IMG/VR virus record: IMGVR_UViG_3300048554_000415
Coordinates: 1 to 52,238 of that record
Reading direction: 5' to 3' (one strand)
Length of the DNA stretch: 52,238 nt
DNA from: a virus
Taxonomy: Duplodnaviria; Caudoviricetes
Below are positions 37,647 through 47,741 of this stretch, piece by piece. The stretch's first letter is position 1. Every line of letters starts with the position of its first letter. Both the position numbers and the translations under genes were made by a program. The notes under the pieces were generated by a model. That model saw only the letters and a program-made list of their open reading frames with translations. It was not told where the DNA came from and searched no databases.

Positions 37647-38951
37647 ATGAAAATAGCTGACTTGCCAAACAACAATTTGTTTTGCCCGTTGCCTTGGCGA
37701 GGTGCTCACATCATGCCCAATGGAACATTCAGCTATTGTTGTGTACAAAATCAGTTTGACGAAGATCTGAAAGCCGCCGGTGATCTTAGTAAACAAACTA
37801 TATCACAAGCAAGGACCAATGCCTGGTCAAACGAACTTAGGAAAAATTTAATCGATGGCGTTCAACACAAAAGTTGCAGAAGTTGTTGGGACTTGGAAAA
37901 TCAAGGCATAGCAAGTTTGAGACAACACTATCATAATCAATGGTTCGAACATAACGGATATGCGGAAAATTTTGAATTTAATAGTGACGGTACATTAGAC
38001 AATCAGAACATAATATACTGGGACGTTAGGCAAACCAATTTGTGTAATATGAATTGTGTAATGTGTGGTCCAGACTACAGTAGTTTATGGAATAGAGATA
38101 TCTTAAAGAGTCAAGACAAACCATTGAAAAATGCAGGTGTGATTGATGCTGTGCAAGTTAGCAAAGACAACATACTTGATATAATCAAAAAAGATATAGA
38201 CAAAACTTATAAATTTTACTTTGCAGGAGGCGAGCCTTTAATTAGTCCTATGCATTGGGCAATACTAGAAGAGTTAGTAGAGAACAGACTTTTTAACGTA
38301 GAGCTTGCTTACAATACAAATCTACTCAAACTAGATTACAAAGGTAAAAATGTAATTGATTACTGGAAAAAGTTTAAGACAGTATATGTTGGATGTAGTG
38401 TTGATGCAGTAGGAGCAAGAGCAGAAACTGTGAGGTCAGGAACAGTATGGGAAACTGTTAACAAAAACTTTACCAGAATACATGACGAGCTGTATTACGC
38501 TAAAGCATTAAACATTTCAACTAGCAATTTAACTATAGCTGGTTTGGGAGATACAATAGAATGGGCTAAGAGTTTTGAATGGAAAAACGAAGAGCATACA
38601 CTATTAGCAAACAATATAGTATACTATCCTGAATGGCTAAGTGTAAACATATTGCCTAGATACCTCAAAGAAAGTATATGGAAAGATATTAAAGGTCCTC
38701 TTAACACACTAAAAAGCAAACGAAGCATAGAACAAATTGAAAGTGAACTATGGAAAGAAACAGACCCAGATTATTTTGAAAGAATGTGTATAAAATTTGC
38801 ACATCATATTGAATGGGTTACTTATATGAGAGGTACAGATCCTCAAACATTCTTAGAAAAAGGATGTCCAGAACTAGCAGAGTGGTGGAGTAAATTAAAT
38901 ATACAATATCGTCAAGAATTAGAAGATATCAATGCAGGGAAAGAAATATAA
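37647..38951 (+). CDS. Radical SAM protein with N-terminal SPASM/Twitch-like Cys motifs
   Basis: CNMNCVMC, AGGEPL, YNTN. N-terminal FCPLPW..YCC..CRSCW. ATG at 37647, just after the upstream stop. Confidence 0.9.
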   Translation: MKIADLPNNNLFCPLPWRGAHIMPNGTFSYCCVQNQFDEDLKAAGDLSKQTISQARTNAWSNELRKNLIDGVQHKSCRSCWDLENQGIASLRQHYHNQWFEHNGYAENFEFNSDGTLDNQNIIYWDVRQTNLCNMNCVMCGPDYSSLWNRDILKSQDKPLKNAGVIDAVQVSKDNILDIIKKDIDKTYKFYFAGGEPLISPMHWAILEELVENRLFNVELAYNTNLLKLDYKGKNVIDYWKKFKTVYVGCSVDAVGARAETVRSGTVWETVNKNFTRIHDELYYAKALNISTSNLTIAGLGDTIEWAKSFEWKNEEHTLLANNIVYYPEWLSVNILPRYLKESIWKDIKGPLNTLKSKRSIEQIESELWKETDPDYFERMCIKFAHHIEWVTYMRGTDPQTFLEKGCPELAEWWSKLNIQYRQELEDINAGKEI

Positions 38952-40421
38952 ATGTTTGATAAAAAATTACCCTGTTATTTTGATCACGACAGAGATCCAG
39001 AAAACTATTATCCTTGGGTTAATGGTATATCTAAACAGATGCTTACCAAATTTAAGACCGAGGTGATTGGTTGTGCTGACGAGTCTGAAACTGATAATAT
39101 GCCAAGTTGGTATTCCTTAGGTAAGCCACAACCTTTTTTTATTGATGTTGTTACAAATTACAATGAAAATTTTAGAAGCTACGAAGAAGGAAGAGAACCT
39201 TTCATTTATCCTATTCACATTTGTCCTGCCCTAACACCATACGGAGATATACTAGATGAAAGATCTGTGGATTTTTGGACAAATTATATACACATAAATT
39301 CAGATGTACTATATCGTATTTGTAAAAGACAAAACGGTAAAATTTGTTTGTATAATAATTGGGAAGCATGGAGCGTTGGTTCTTACAAGCTAATAACAGA
39401 TATAATGATAGAAAAATATGGAGAAGAATTTGGATTAAGCAAGTGGCATTTTATTATAGCAAGTGGCAATGAAAACTTAAAAATAAATGGGGTGTATCCT
39501 CATACCACATCAACTCCTTTAATGAATCTACCTTGGCATCCTTCCGAAGTAGTAAACGAAGTTGTTGAAAAAATTAAAAATAAAGAACCACGAGAGAACA
39601 AATTCATTTGCCTCAATAGAGTTACTAAATCTCATCGACTAGCCGCTGTTGCTGAATTATGGGACGACAGAGAAGATGGTATAATAACAGCAATGTGTGT
39701 ACATTATGGTAATCCTGGAATTGATCATTTTGCTGAACTGACACGCAAAGAAGTAAGTCAACCTGCCTTCCCACAAATACATCAAATGCAAAAAATGCAC
39801 ACAGACTCCGATTGGAACAATTATGTCAAAGATCAAGTATTATCTGTAGGTAGAATGCGTTGGCACTATGATAGAGAATTACAAGAAAATTATCCCCAGT
39901 CTTTTGAAAAGTTTAAAGAGCACAAGCTGATTGATATGATGCCAATTTTAATGGCAGACGACATAAGTCCTATTGTTAATCCAGTGCCTGATCCTCTTAC
40001 ACAAAAGTTTTTTGATTCAAGTTTAAATATTGTTACAGAAACTTACGGATTAGAAAGCCAACAGAGTATACAACTAACAGATAAAATATGGAAGCCTATG
40101 TTACATTTTCAACCATTTGTTGTTATAGGATCCAAGGGTCATCTTTCAGCACTACATCAACGAGGATTTAAAACCTTTAATACATGGATCGATGAAACAT
40201 ATGATACAATACGAGATGATCAAAAAAGAATGACAGCGGCAATAACTAGTGCTAAAGAATTTTACAAAAGATCTAAAGAAGAGATTGCAGAAGACTTAGC
40301 TGATATGCTGGAAGTGTTATTGCACAACAATGAGCATTATCGACATTGTTATGAGAGTCATAGAATAAATGCTGTATGGCAAGTAGCACTTAATCTTAAT
40401 TACTGTAGAAAGGAATCATAA
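38952..40421 (+). CDS. Putative GT-B glycosyltransferase (GT10/fucosyltransferase-like C-terminus)
   Basis: KFICLNR, HR, SLNIVTET, LTDKIWKP...QPFVVIG, GFKTF..WIDETYD. Confidence 0.55.
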   Translation: MFDKKLPCYFDHDRDPENYYPWVNGISKQMLTKFKTEVIGCADESETDNMPSWYSLGKPQPFFIDVVTNYNENFRSYEEGREPFIYPIHICPALTPYGDILDERSVDFWTNYIHINSDVLYRICKRQNGKICLYNNWEAWSVGSYKLITDIMIEKYGEEFGLSKWHFIIASGNENLKINGVYPHTTSTPLMNLPWHPSEVVNEVVEKIKNKEPRENKFICLNRVTKSHRLAAVAELWDDREDGIITAMCVHYGNPGIDHFAELTRKEVSQPAFPQIHQMQKMHTDSDWNNYVKDQVLSVGRMRWHYDRELQENYPQSFEKFKEHKLIDMMPILMADDISPIVNPVPDPLTQKFFDSSLNIVTETYGLESQQSIQLTDKIWKPMLHFQPFVVIGSKGHLSALHQRGFKTFNTWIDETYDTIRDDQKRMTAAITSAKEFYKRSKEEIAEDLADMLEVLLHNNEHYRHCYESHRINAVWQVALNLNYCRKES

Positions 40422-41542
40422 TGAAAATAGGATGGATAGGATTAGGCAAATGCGGATTGCCTATCGCAGAACGTATAGCACAAACATGTGATGTAATTGC
40501 ACACGATAAATTACCAAAGGAAACGCCTATATATACACACAATGTAGCAGACCTATTACAGACTGAGATTACATTTGTACTTGTAGAAACTCCTCATGTT
40601 AATAAAACACTAGACGGCAGTGTGCCCATAGATTTACAAACTGTAGAAGATTATGATTATACCGCATTAAACAGTGTATTACTAACATTGGCTAGCCATA
40701 GCTATGAAGGAGTAGTAGTAATTAGCAGTACTGTTAGTCCGGGAACTACAAAACAACTAGCAAAAAAGTACAATGATCTGAGAATTGTTTATATGCCTGT
40801 AATGATACATATAGGAACCGTAGCAGAAGACTTTGTTACTGCACCCATGTATTTTGTTGGAGGTAACAATGAAGCGGATAGAACACAAGTTGAAACCTGT
40901 ATAAAGCAATTTGTAAGTGGTAGTGTTAGACATGGAACGTACGAAGAAGTTGAAATGTACAAGATGTTTGGAAACATATATGCCAGCATAAAAATTGGAT
41001 TTGCAAATACTATAAGTGAAATGATCGAGTATGGAAACTTCAATGCTAGTAGTTGGAATGTCATGGACGCACTACTAGCTGAAAAACAAAACTTTAATAC
41101 TACAAACTATTTTCGTCCAGGCAGTGGTAACGGCGGACCGTGCCATCCAAGAGACGGTGTAGTTTTAACATGGCTTACAGATAAACTTAAAATGGAAAGT
41201 AAACTGTTAACTAATATCACACAGGTTAGACAGGATCAAGCACTGGCGCTTGCTAAACATCTTGTAAGTTATGACTTGCCTATTATAATATTAGGTAAAA
41301 GTTTTAAACAAGGAGTAGATTTAACAGTAGGAAGCTACAGCGTACTAGTAGGCGAATATTGTATAATGCTAGGTGCAAAAATAATGTATGATGATGTATT
41401 ACATCAACCTGCGGTTGTACTATTGGCTCACCCTAATAGAAAATTACTAGAAAAATATGAACCAGCTGAAGACAGTGTAATTGTTGATTTATGGAATCTT
41501 GGAATACCCAACGCTAAAGTTTGGGGTAATAATGCAACTTGA
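40421..41542 (+). CDS. UDP-glucose/GDP-mannose 6-dehydrogenase family protein
   Basis: IGLGKCG Rossmann, VETP, SSTVSPGTT, catalytic K..N (YKMFGN), GGPCHPRD, LGKSFK. Confidence 0.85.
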   Translation: MKIGWIGLGKCGLPIAERIAQTCDVIAHDKLPKETPIYTHNVADLLQTEITFVLVETPHVNKTLDGSVPIDLQTVEDYDYTALNSVLLTLASHSYEGVVVISSTVSPGTTKQLAKKYNDLRIVYMPVMIHIGTVAEDFVTAPMYFVGGNNEADRTQVETCIKQFVSGSVRHGTYEEVEMYKMFGNIYASIKIGFANTISEMIEYGNFNASSWNVMDALLAEKQNFNTTNYFRPGSGNGGPCHPRDGVVLTWLTDKLKMESKLLTNITQVRQDQALALAKHLVSYDLPIIILGKSFKQGVDLTVGSYSVLVGEYCIMLGAKIMYDDVLHQPAVVLLAHPNRKLLEKYEPAEDSVIVDLWNLGIPNAKVWGNNAT

Positions 41543-42638
41543 TCGCTGGTGGAACAAAAAAACTGCCACTACAAAAAATCTCAAAGGCAAATACTGTCCA
41601 AAACTATTTGAGTGGTTTGAGGTAGATCTTGTAGGCAATGTAAGACTTTGCTGTTCAACTTGGCTACCACAACCGATTGGAAACCTACTAGATAACACAC
41701 TTGAAGAGATATGGAACAGTGATAGAGCTATAGAATTACGCAATCAAGTTTTTACCGGAGATTGGAAATATTGCGACCATGAGCTGTGTCCTGTTATAAA
41801 CTCTGATGCATTACCTGATATCAATGACGAACATCATACCTCACCTTATGTTAAAGAACTTCCAAAACAGATAAATTTTTGTAATGATCAGAGCTGTAAT
41901 CTGATGTGTCCTAGCTGTCGCAATGAAAAAATTTTGCTTACCAGTGGACCTCAATATGAAAAAAGTAAACTCATCAATGATAGAATCTACGAAGGATTAT
42001 TCAGTAGACCAACAGATCAAAAAGTTGAAATTTTTGTAACTGGTGCAGGAGATCCTTTTGCTAGTAAAATTTTTAGAGAGATGTTGCAAAATATTGATGG
42101 AAGCATATTTCCTGGACTTGAAGTTAATTTACAAACCAATGGCACAATGATGACACCCAAGACGTGGCAGAGTCTACACAAGATACATGATAATATAAAT
42201 TTCTGCAGAATAAGTTTAGATGCAGGCTGTAAAGATACCTATGAAAACAAAGTAAGACTAAATGGTAATTGGAACTTACTGTTAGAAAATTGTAAATATT
42301 TAGACAGTCAAGTACCTCATAGTAAACAGCTAAAAGTAATGTTTGATTTTGTTGTACAGTATGACAACTACAAAGAAATGAAGGATTATGTGACACTATG
42401 TTTAAACACATTCAAAAACATTTATAAAATACACATATCACTGATCAGTGATTGGGGCACTTGGTCCTCGGAAATATATAAACAAAAATGTATATGGTCA
42501 GACAATCACCCTGAGTATCAACAATTTCTATCAGAACTAGATGATCCTATTTTTGATCACCCATTGGTTGATATGACAAATGTAACTTCAATTAGGAATT
42601 CAATATACAATAGCAGGAGTATTTTAAGTGAAGTATAA
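41532..42638 (+). CDS. Radical SAM protein with N-terminal SPASM/Twitch-like Cys motifs
   Basis: CNLMCPSC, GAGDPF, LQTNG, ISLDAG. N-terminal YCPK..GNVRLCC..IGNL...EEIWNS. ATG at 41532. Confidence 0.9.
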   Translation: MQLDRWWNKKTATTKNLKGKYCPKLFEWFEVDLVGNVRLCCSTWLPQPIGNLLDNTLEEIWNSDRAIELRNQVFTGDWKYCDHELCPVINSDALPDINDEHHTSPYVKELPKQINFCNDQSCNLMCPSCRNEKILLTSGPQYEKSKLINDRIYEGLFSRPTDQKVEIFVTGAGDPFASKIFREMLQNIDGSIFPGLEVNLQTNGTMMTPKTWQSLHKIHDNINFCRISLDAGCKDTYENKVRLNGNWNLLLENCKYLDSQVPHSKQLKVMFDFVVQYDNYKEMKDYVTLCLNTFKNIYKIHISLISDWGTWSSEIYKQKCIWSDNHPEYQQFLSELDDPIFDHPLVDMTNVTSIRNSIYNSRSILSEV

Positions 42639-43407
42639 AAGATTATATACCTTTGGTTGTAGTTTTACAAGATGGTATTGGCCAACATGGGCTGACATAA
42701 TTGCATACGATACAAAGTTACCTTATGAAAATTGGGCGGACAGTGGGTCAGGCAATGTGGGTATAGCAAACAGAATGTTAGAATGCGATCTCACAAATAA
42801 GTTTACAAAAAGAGATATGGTGCTGGTATGTTGGTCTACATTTTGTAGAGAAGATAGATATATTAGACCCGACGGATGGATTTTCGGCGGTAATATATTT
42901 AATTCAAGAATGTACGATGATGCATTTAGAGAGAAATATCATAATTCAGCAAATGACATTATAAAGAATATGCACAGTATAATTACATCAAGACGCAGTT
43001 TTCCCATTGCATACGAAGCACAAATTACAGAGTCACTTGGTTCAGACATAATTGAAAGTGGAGATGATATATGGCAAGACAAGTTAGAACACATTATTGA
43101 TTTTTATAAACCTTATCAAGTTAAAAATATATTTCCCTGGGATCATAATCATCAAGCACCATTTGAAAATTATGCACCAGATTGGGACGGACATCCTGAT
43201 ATCCAAGCACATTTAAAATTTGTAACAGACTATATATACCCAAGTTTAGGATTAGCAATAAAACAGCCTACAGTAGATCATTTTATGGAACTACAAGATC
43301 ACATAACAAAAACAGCTAAAACACAAACATTTAAAAAGTTTGAGGATTTAAAGACTTGGTTTAACAAAACTATAGACCATCCAGATAGAGAAATAGGAAT
43401 AATATAA
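42628..43407 (+). CDS. SGNH hydrolase/acyltransferase-like protein
   Basis: FGCSFT, WADI, GSGN, WS...RED, DGHP...AH. Confidence 0.7.
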   Translation: MKYKRLYTFGCSFTRWYWPTWADIIAYDTKLPYENWADSGSGNVGIANRMLECDLTNKFTKRDMVLVCWSTFCREDRYIRPDGWIFGGNIFNSRMYDDAFREKYHNSANDIIKNMHSIITSRRSFPIAYEAQITESLGSDIIESGDDIWQDKLEHIIDFYKPYQVKNIFPWDHNHQAPFENYAPDWDGHPDIQAHLKFVTDYIYPSLGLAIKQPTVDHFMELQDHITKTAKTQTFKKFEDLKTWFNKTIDHPDREIGII

Positions 43408-44241
43408 TTGTTGACCACTGATACAGTAATCTTAGGAGCAGGAGCATTTAGTCATGCACACATTAGATGTTTGCTTGAGTTAGGAGTAACTGAATGTACA
43501 ATAGCAAAGCAGTCCGAATGGACTGGTGAACAAAAACACAAATTTGCAGAAGACTATCCACTTATGGCATTTACATTTGATAATAGTCCAAATGCTAAAG
43601 ATAAAAATGTGCATATAGTTACACCCAGTAATACACATGCTGAATTATTAAATCGTTACAATACTTGGGCCGCTAAAATTTTTGTAGAAAAACCCAGTGT
43701 GCTTTATAATAAACCCAGAGACTTTGACTATGCAAATCTAGTTACCAACACAATATATCAAAACGACTGGTTAGCACAAGTACAAAATCATAGGACTTGC
43801 AAGGACAAACCTAGTATAGTAAATTTTACATACCATGTCAAGAACAGAGATGATATAGATCACATTACTGAAATATGGAGTCATGTTATAAACTTTATAA
43901 GCCAGTGGATAGAACCAGATTGCAATATTTTTATACACAGCCAAAGTTATAAAAAGAGAACTAGAAGTATTAATTGTATTATCAACAATGAACTTACATT
44001 AAACATTAACAGTACAAACGGACTTGTGGAAAAAAGCGAGTGGCATTTGCGTGTAGATGATGAACAATTTGAAAGCAAACAGTTCGGTGGTAATTTACTT
44101 ATAAATACATTAAATACTATGTTAACTGGAACTGTGCCTTTGACTGATTGGTACACATCTAGTTGGTTATTACATAAATTCAGATTGTTGTCAAGTAAAG
44201 AAATATTTGATAGTCAATTTTTATTAAACTATAGGAAATAA
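43408..44241 (+). CDS. Gfo/Idh/MocA-like oxidoreductase (divergent)
   Basis: ILGAGAFS..H, HIVTPSNTH, IFVEKP. TTG start directly after the upstream stop. Confidence 0.65.
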   Translation: MLTTDTVILGAGAFSHAHIRCLLELGVTECTIAKQSEWTGEQKHKFAEDYPLMAFTFDNSPNAKDKNVHIVTPSNTHAELLNRYNTWAAKIFVEKPSVLYNKPRDFDYANLVTNTIYQNDWLAQVQNHRTCKDKPSIVNFTYHVKNRDDIDHITEIWSHVINFISQWIEPDCNIFIHSQSYKKRTRSINCIINNELTLNINSTNGLVEKSEWHLRVDDEQFESKQFGGNLLINTLNTMLTGTVPLTDWYTSSWLLHKFRLLSSKEIFDSQFLLNYRK

Positions 44242-44242
44242 A

Positions 44243-44950
44243 ATGGATATTGATGTAGATTATATTAAAGAAAATGGCTATGCAGTCATGCCAAATTTTT
44301 TAACATCAGACGAAGTAAAACAACTACAAGACTTGTGTGATAGCAGTCCAGTAGCAATGGGAGAAACTTGGGCTGGAGAAGATGGAAAAACAGAATACTT
44401 GCCAGACTTGGATCCAGATTCATATATGCATTGGTGGAGTTATAACATGAGTGAACATGCTATTGTACAGCAAGTCAAAGACAAAATAAAGCCAATGGCT
44501 GACAAATGTTTTAATGGAGAGTTTGAACAACTGGGCGGCGACTTTAAAGTTACCAATCCTGATAGTGGATACATGTATTGTCATTTTGATACACCTTACA
44601 GACATGATCGTTGGGCAAATGATTTTGGAGAAGATATTAAAGGTATGCAGTTTGGTATAGCACTTGATAAATTTGATGATGTAAGCGGAGGTACTAGAAT
44701 ACTTCCTGGCAGTCATAAAAAAGTTTATCATAAAACAGATATGGATGCACGAAAGCATGACCAAGAATTTCTACGTGACGGTGTTACAATGGAACTTGAA
44801 CCAGGCGGATTGTTTTGTTATCACAGTAGAACTATGCACAGTACTATGCCAAACAACAGCGGTAAACCACGCAGGTTAATGTTGTTGTTACACTTGTGGA
44901 ATGATCCTACATTTAGACAAGAGCTACAACAAGAAGAATCCAAATGCTAG
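44243..44950 (+). CDS. PhyH-family Fe(II)/2-oxoglutarate dioxygenase
   Basis: ENGYAVMPNFL, HFD, GGTRILPGSH, HSTMPN...R. Confidence 0.85.
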   Translation: MDIDVDYIKENGYAVMPNFLTSDEVKQLQDLCDSSPVAMGETWAGEDGKTEYLPDLDPDSYMHWWSYNMSEHAIVQQVKDKIKPMADKCFNGEFEQLGGDFKVTNPDSGYMYCHFDTPYRHDRWANDFGEDIKGMQFGIALDKFDDVSGGTRILPGSHKKVYHKTDMDARKHDQEFLRDGVTMELEPGGLFCYHSRTMHSTMPNNSGKPRRLMLLLHLWNDPTFRQELQQEESKC

Positions 44951-45594
44951 ACTTGTTAGAAAAATTTAATCGTGACGGATATGTTATAGTTGAAAATTTA
45001 TTAGACAGTAACGAAGCACTTAGGCTACGAGATATATGTGATGCTATACCACAAGGCGTAAATGTTGATAGTGAAGAATGGTGGACAGACTATAGTCATA
45101 GTGTAGCACAAGCTGATAAAATTTTTTTAGATACAATTACACTAAAACAAAGAGATATTGCAAATATATTATTTCAAGGTAGTGAAAATTATTCCAGTGG
45201 TGTTGCCGGATTTAAAGTTACAAAACCAGGAGGAGGAAAAGTTGCACCGCATTTTGATACTCCTTATGATAGACCTGAATATTATAACGATTTTAGCTTT
45301 ACTAAATGCATACAAGGGTGTATACTAGTAGATAAGTTCGATCATACAAATGGTGGTACTATGATATGGCCCGGTAGTCAGACTATAGAGTTTGACTATG
45401 AAAAAGTTTTAGCAGGAGACTACAACGAACAGTTTTTACAAAATGGTGTTCCTGTTATAGCTGACGAAGGATCAGCTATGTTTTTCCATGCTAGAGTTAT
45501 GCACAGTACAATGCCAAATAGATCGCAACAACGTAGAAGATTAATGTTAAATTTACATCTATCTACGGACAAGGAGTTTCGCAATGGATATTAG
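44944..45594 (+). CDS. PhyH-family Fe(II)/2-oxoglutarate dioxygenase (tandem paralogue)
   Basis: DGYVIVENLL, HFDTPY, GGTMIWPGS, HSTMPN...R. Confidence 0.85.
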   Translation: MLDLLEKFNRDGYVIVENLLDSNEALRLRDICDAIPQGVNVDSEEWWTDYSHSVAQADKIFLDTITLKQRDIANILFQGSENYSSGVAGFKVTKPGGGKVAPHFDTPYDRPEYYNDFSFTKCIQGCILVDKFDHTNGGTMIWPGSQTIEFDYEKVLAGDYNEQFLQNGVPVIADEGSAMFFHARVMHSTMPNRSQQRRRLMLNLHLSTDKEFRNGY

Positions 45595-45970
45595 AAGAAT
45601 AAAAAAATTAGATCCAGAAATTAATCCCATTACATTCAAGGATGGTAGAGGTATAATTCAAACTTATTATCCTGAACAGTATAATATAGTTGAATGGAAC
45701 TATATTGTAACACTCAAGGGAGCAGTAAGAGGACATCATCTACACAAAGAGTTTGATGAATATATAATGTTTGTAGAAGGAGAGGGTGTGTACACAGAAC
45801 TTACAGAAGGTAAAGAACTTGTAACACCGGTAAGTGCAGGAGATTGTATATACTTGCCTATGCTGATGCCCCATACATTTTATCCAACTGCTGACTGCAA
45901 AATGATTGCAATGATTACCAAACGTTGGAATGATTGTGATGAACCAATAACAAAGGTAGAAATAAAATGA
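45584..45970 (+). CDS. RmlC/FdtA-like cupin, NDP-4-keto-sugar epimerase or isomerase
   Basis: FKDGRG, KGAVRGHHLH, EY, H.F cupin motifs. Confidence 0.75.
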   Translation: MDIRRIKKLDPEINPITFKDGRGIIQTYYPEQYNIVEWNYIVTLKGAVRGHHLHKEFDEYIMFVEGEGVYTELTEGKELVTPVSAGDCIYLPMLMPHTFYPTADCKMIAMITKRWNDCDEPITKVEIK

Positions 45971-46866
45971 AACGAATAGCAATAACAGGAGGAGCCGGCT
46001 ATATAGGCTGTAGACTCAGTGAATATTTTTTACAACAAGGATATACAGTTGATTGCATCGACTGGCTCAAATGGGGTGTTGAACCTATACTCAATATTGT
46101 TGACCATAAAGACTTTAACTTACACAATGTTGATATTTGCACACCAGAAGTAGAGCCTATACTTGCTAAAGCTGACATAGTAATACACCTAGCTGGCATT
46201 ATTGGATTTCCAGCTTGCAATGCAGAACCAGACCTAGCATATAGAATTAATGTTGAAGGCACTAAAAGAGTTATCGAAGCAAGTGCAGGCAAACGTTTTG
46301 TGTATGCAAGTACCGGCAGTGTGTATGGAGCACTAGATAGTGTATGTACCGAAGAGGCAGAAGCCAATCCTATTAGCACATATAGTGTCTATAAACTAGC
46401 AGGTGAGCGTATGCTAGATGACCAAGCAGTAATTATAAGACCAGCCACAGCGTTTGGTGTTAGTAATAGATTACGCAATGATTTGTTAATAAACGACTTT
46501 GTACGCAAAGCCTGTATTGGTGAACACATGGTTTTGTTTGAAGGACATTTCAAAAGAACATTTATCAGTATAAATGATCTAGTACGCTCGTTTGCTTGGA
46601 CCGTTGATAGATATGAGGAAATGCGTGGACAAATTTGGAATGTAGGTGATGAAACACTCAATCATACCAAACTAGAAATATGCGAAACTATACAAAAGCA
46701 TATACCCACTTGGACTTATGAAAACAATACTACGCTTGAACATGACCAAGATGGTAGAAACTATTTTGTTGATTATACAAAAATTAGGAACTTAGGATTT
46801 ACAGCAACTGAGTCACTAGATCAAGGAATTGAAAATTTAATTAAAGTATACAAGGCAGTGATATGA
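45967..46866 (+). CDS. Extended SDR NDP-sugar C4-dehydrogenase/epimerase (Cj1427/WcaG-like)
   Basis: TGGAGYIG, HLAGIIGFPAC, ASTGSVYG, YSVYK, ATAFGVS.RLR.DLLINDF, LFEGHFKR. Confidence 0.85.
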   Translation: MKRIAITGGAGYIGCRLSEYFLQQGYTVDCIDWLKWGVEPILNIVDHKDFNLHNVDICTPEVEPILAKADIVIHLAGIIGFPACNAEPDLAYRINVEGTKRVIEASAGKRFVYASTGSVYGALDSVCTEEAEANPISTYSVYKLAGERMLDDQAVIIRPATAFGVSNRLRNDLLINDFVRKACIGEHMVLFEGHFKRTFISINDLVRSFAWTVDRYEEMRGQIWNVGDETLNHTKLEICETIQKHIPTWTYENNTTLEHDQDGRNYFVDYTKIRNLGFTATESLDQGIENLIKVYKAVI

Positions 46867-47741
46867 CAACAGTACTAACCGGTGGTAGCGGATTTTTACT
46901 TAGTAATTTACAACAAGAGTATACAGCTGATTATATATCACCTCGCAGTAGTGAAGTTAATTGGATAACAGGCGAAGGTGTAAACACTTTACCTGATCAG
47001 CCAGATGTATTTGTACACAGTGCGGCTATATACGGAGGCTTGGTATTCAATCAACAGTATCCTGAACGTATACTACTAGATAATATGCGTATGTCAATAA
47101 ATGTCTTTGATTACATATTGACAGCAAAGCCAAAAAAAGTTATTATTATAGGAAGTGCATGTAGCTACCCCGGCGGCGCAACAGGCAAATTAACTGAAGA
47201 TATGATCGGCAGTGGTCGAATGGAGCGTACCGTTGAGCTTTATGCAATGAACAAGTTGTGGCAATTAGCGGCTAGTGAGCGTTTACTATCTGATTGGACA
47301 CATCTTGTACTTGCCAATATGTACGGACCAAATGATCACTTAGATTTAGAAAAAGCACATGTAGTTGGAGCATTGATGAAAAAGATATCTAATGCAAAGC
47401 GTGACGGCACTGATGTACAATTACTAGGCACCGGAGAAGCAATGCGTAGTTTAGTGTTTGTAAAAGATGTGTGTGCAGTTGTCAACCAATTCGCTACACA
47501 AGATTTACCCAACGGAGCATACAACGTTGGACACGATTCGGGTATTAGTATTAAACAGATGGCAGAAACTATTGCAGATGTAGTTGGATTTACTGGCAAC
47601 ATACTATGGGGAGATCCTAAAGATAATGGAGCTATGGTTAAAATATTAGACTATACAAAATTAGACGCAGTATATTGTGATAGACCTAAAACAAGTCTAT
47701 ACGACGGACTCGATGCATCTAAAGAATATTACAATGGATGA
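46863..47741 (+). CDS. fcl: GDP-L-fucose synthase-like NDP-4-keto-sugar reductase
   Basis: TGGSGFL, HSAAIYGGL..N...P, GSACSYP, YAMNK, NMYGPND, AHVVGAL..K, GTG...R..VFVKD. Confidence 0.75.
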   Translation: MTTVLTGGSGFLLSNLQQEYTADYISPRSSEVNWITGEGVNTLPDQPDVFVHSAAIYGGLVFNQQYPERILLDNMRMSINVFDYILTAKPKKVIIIGSACSYPGGATGKLTEDMIGSGRMERTVELYAMNKLWQLAASERLLSDWTHLVLANMYGPNDHLDLEKAHVVGALMKKISNAKRDGTDVQLLGTGEAMRSLVFVKDVCAVVNQFATQDLPNGAYNVGHDSGISIKQMAETIADVVGFTGNILWGDPKDNGAMVKILDYTKLDAVYCDRPKTSLYDGLDASKEYYNG

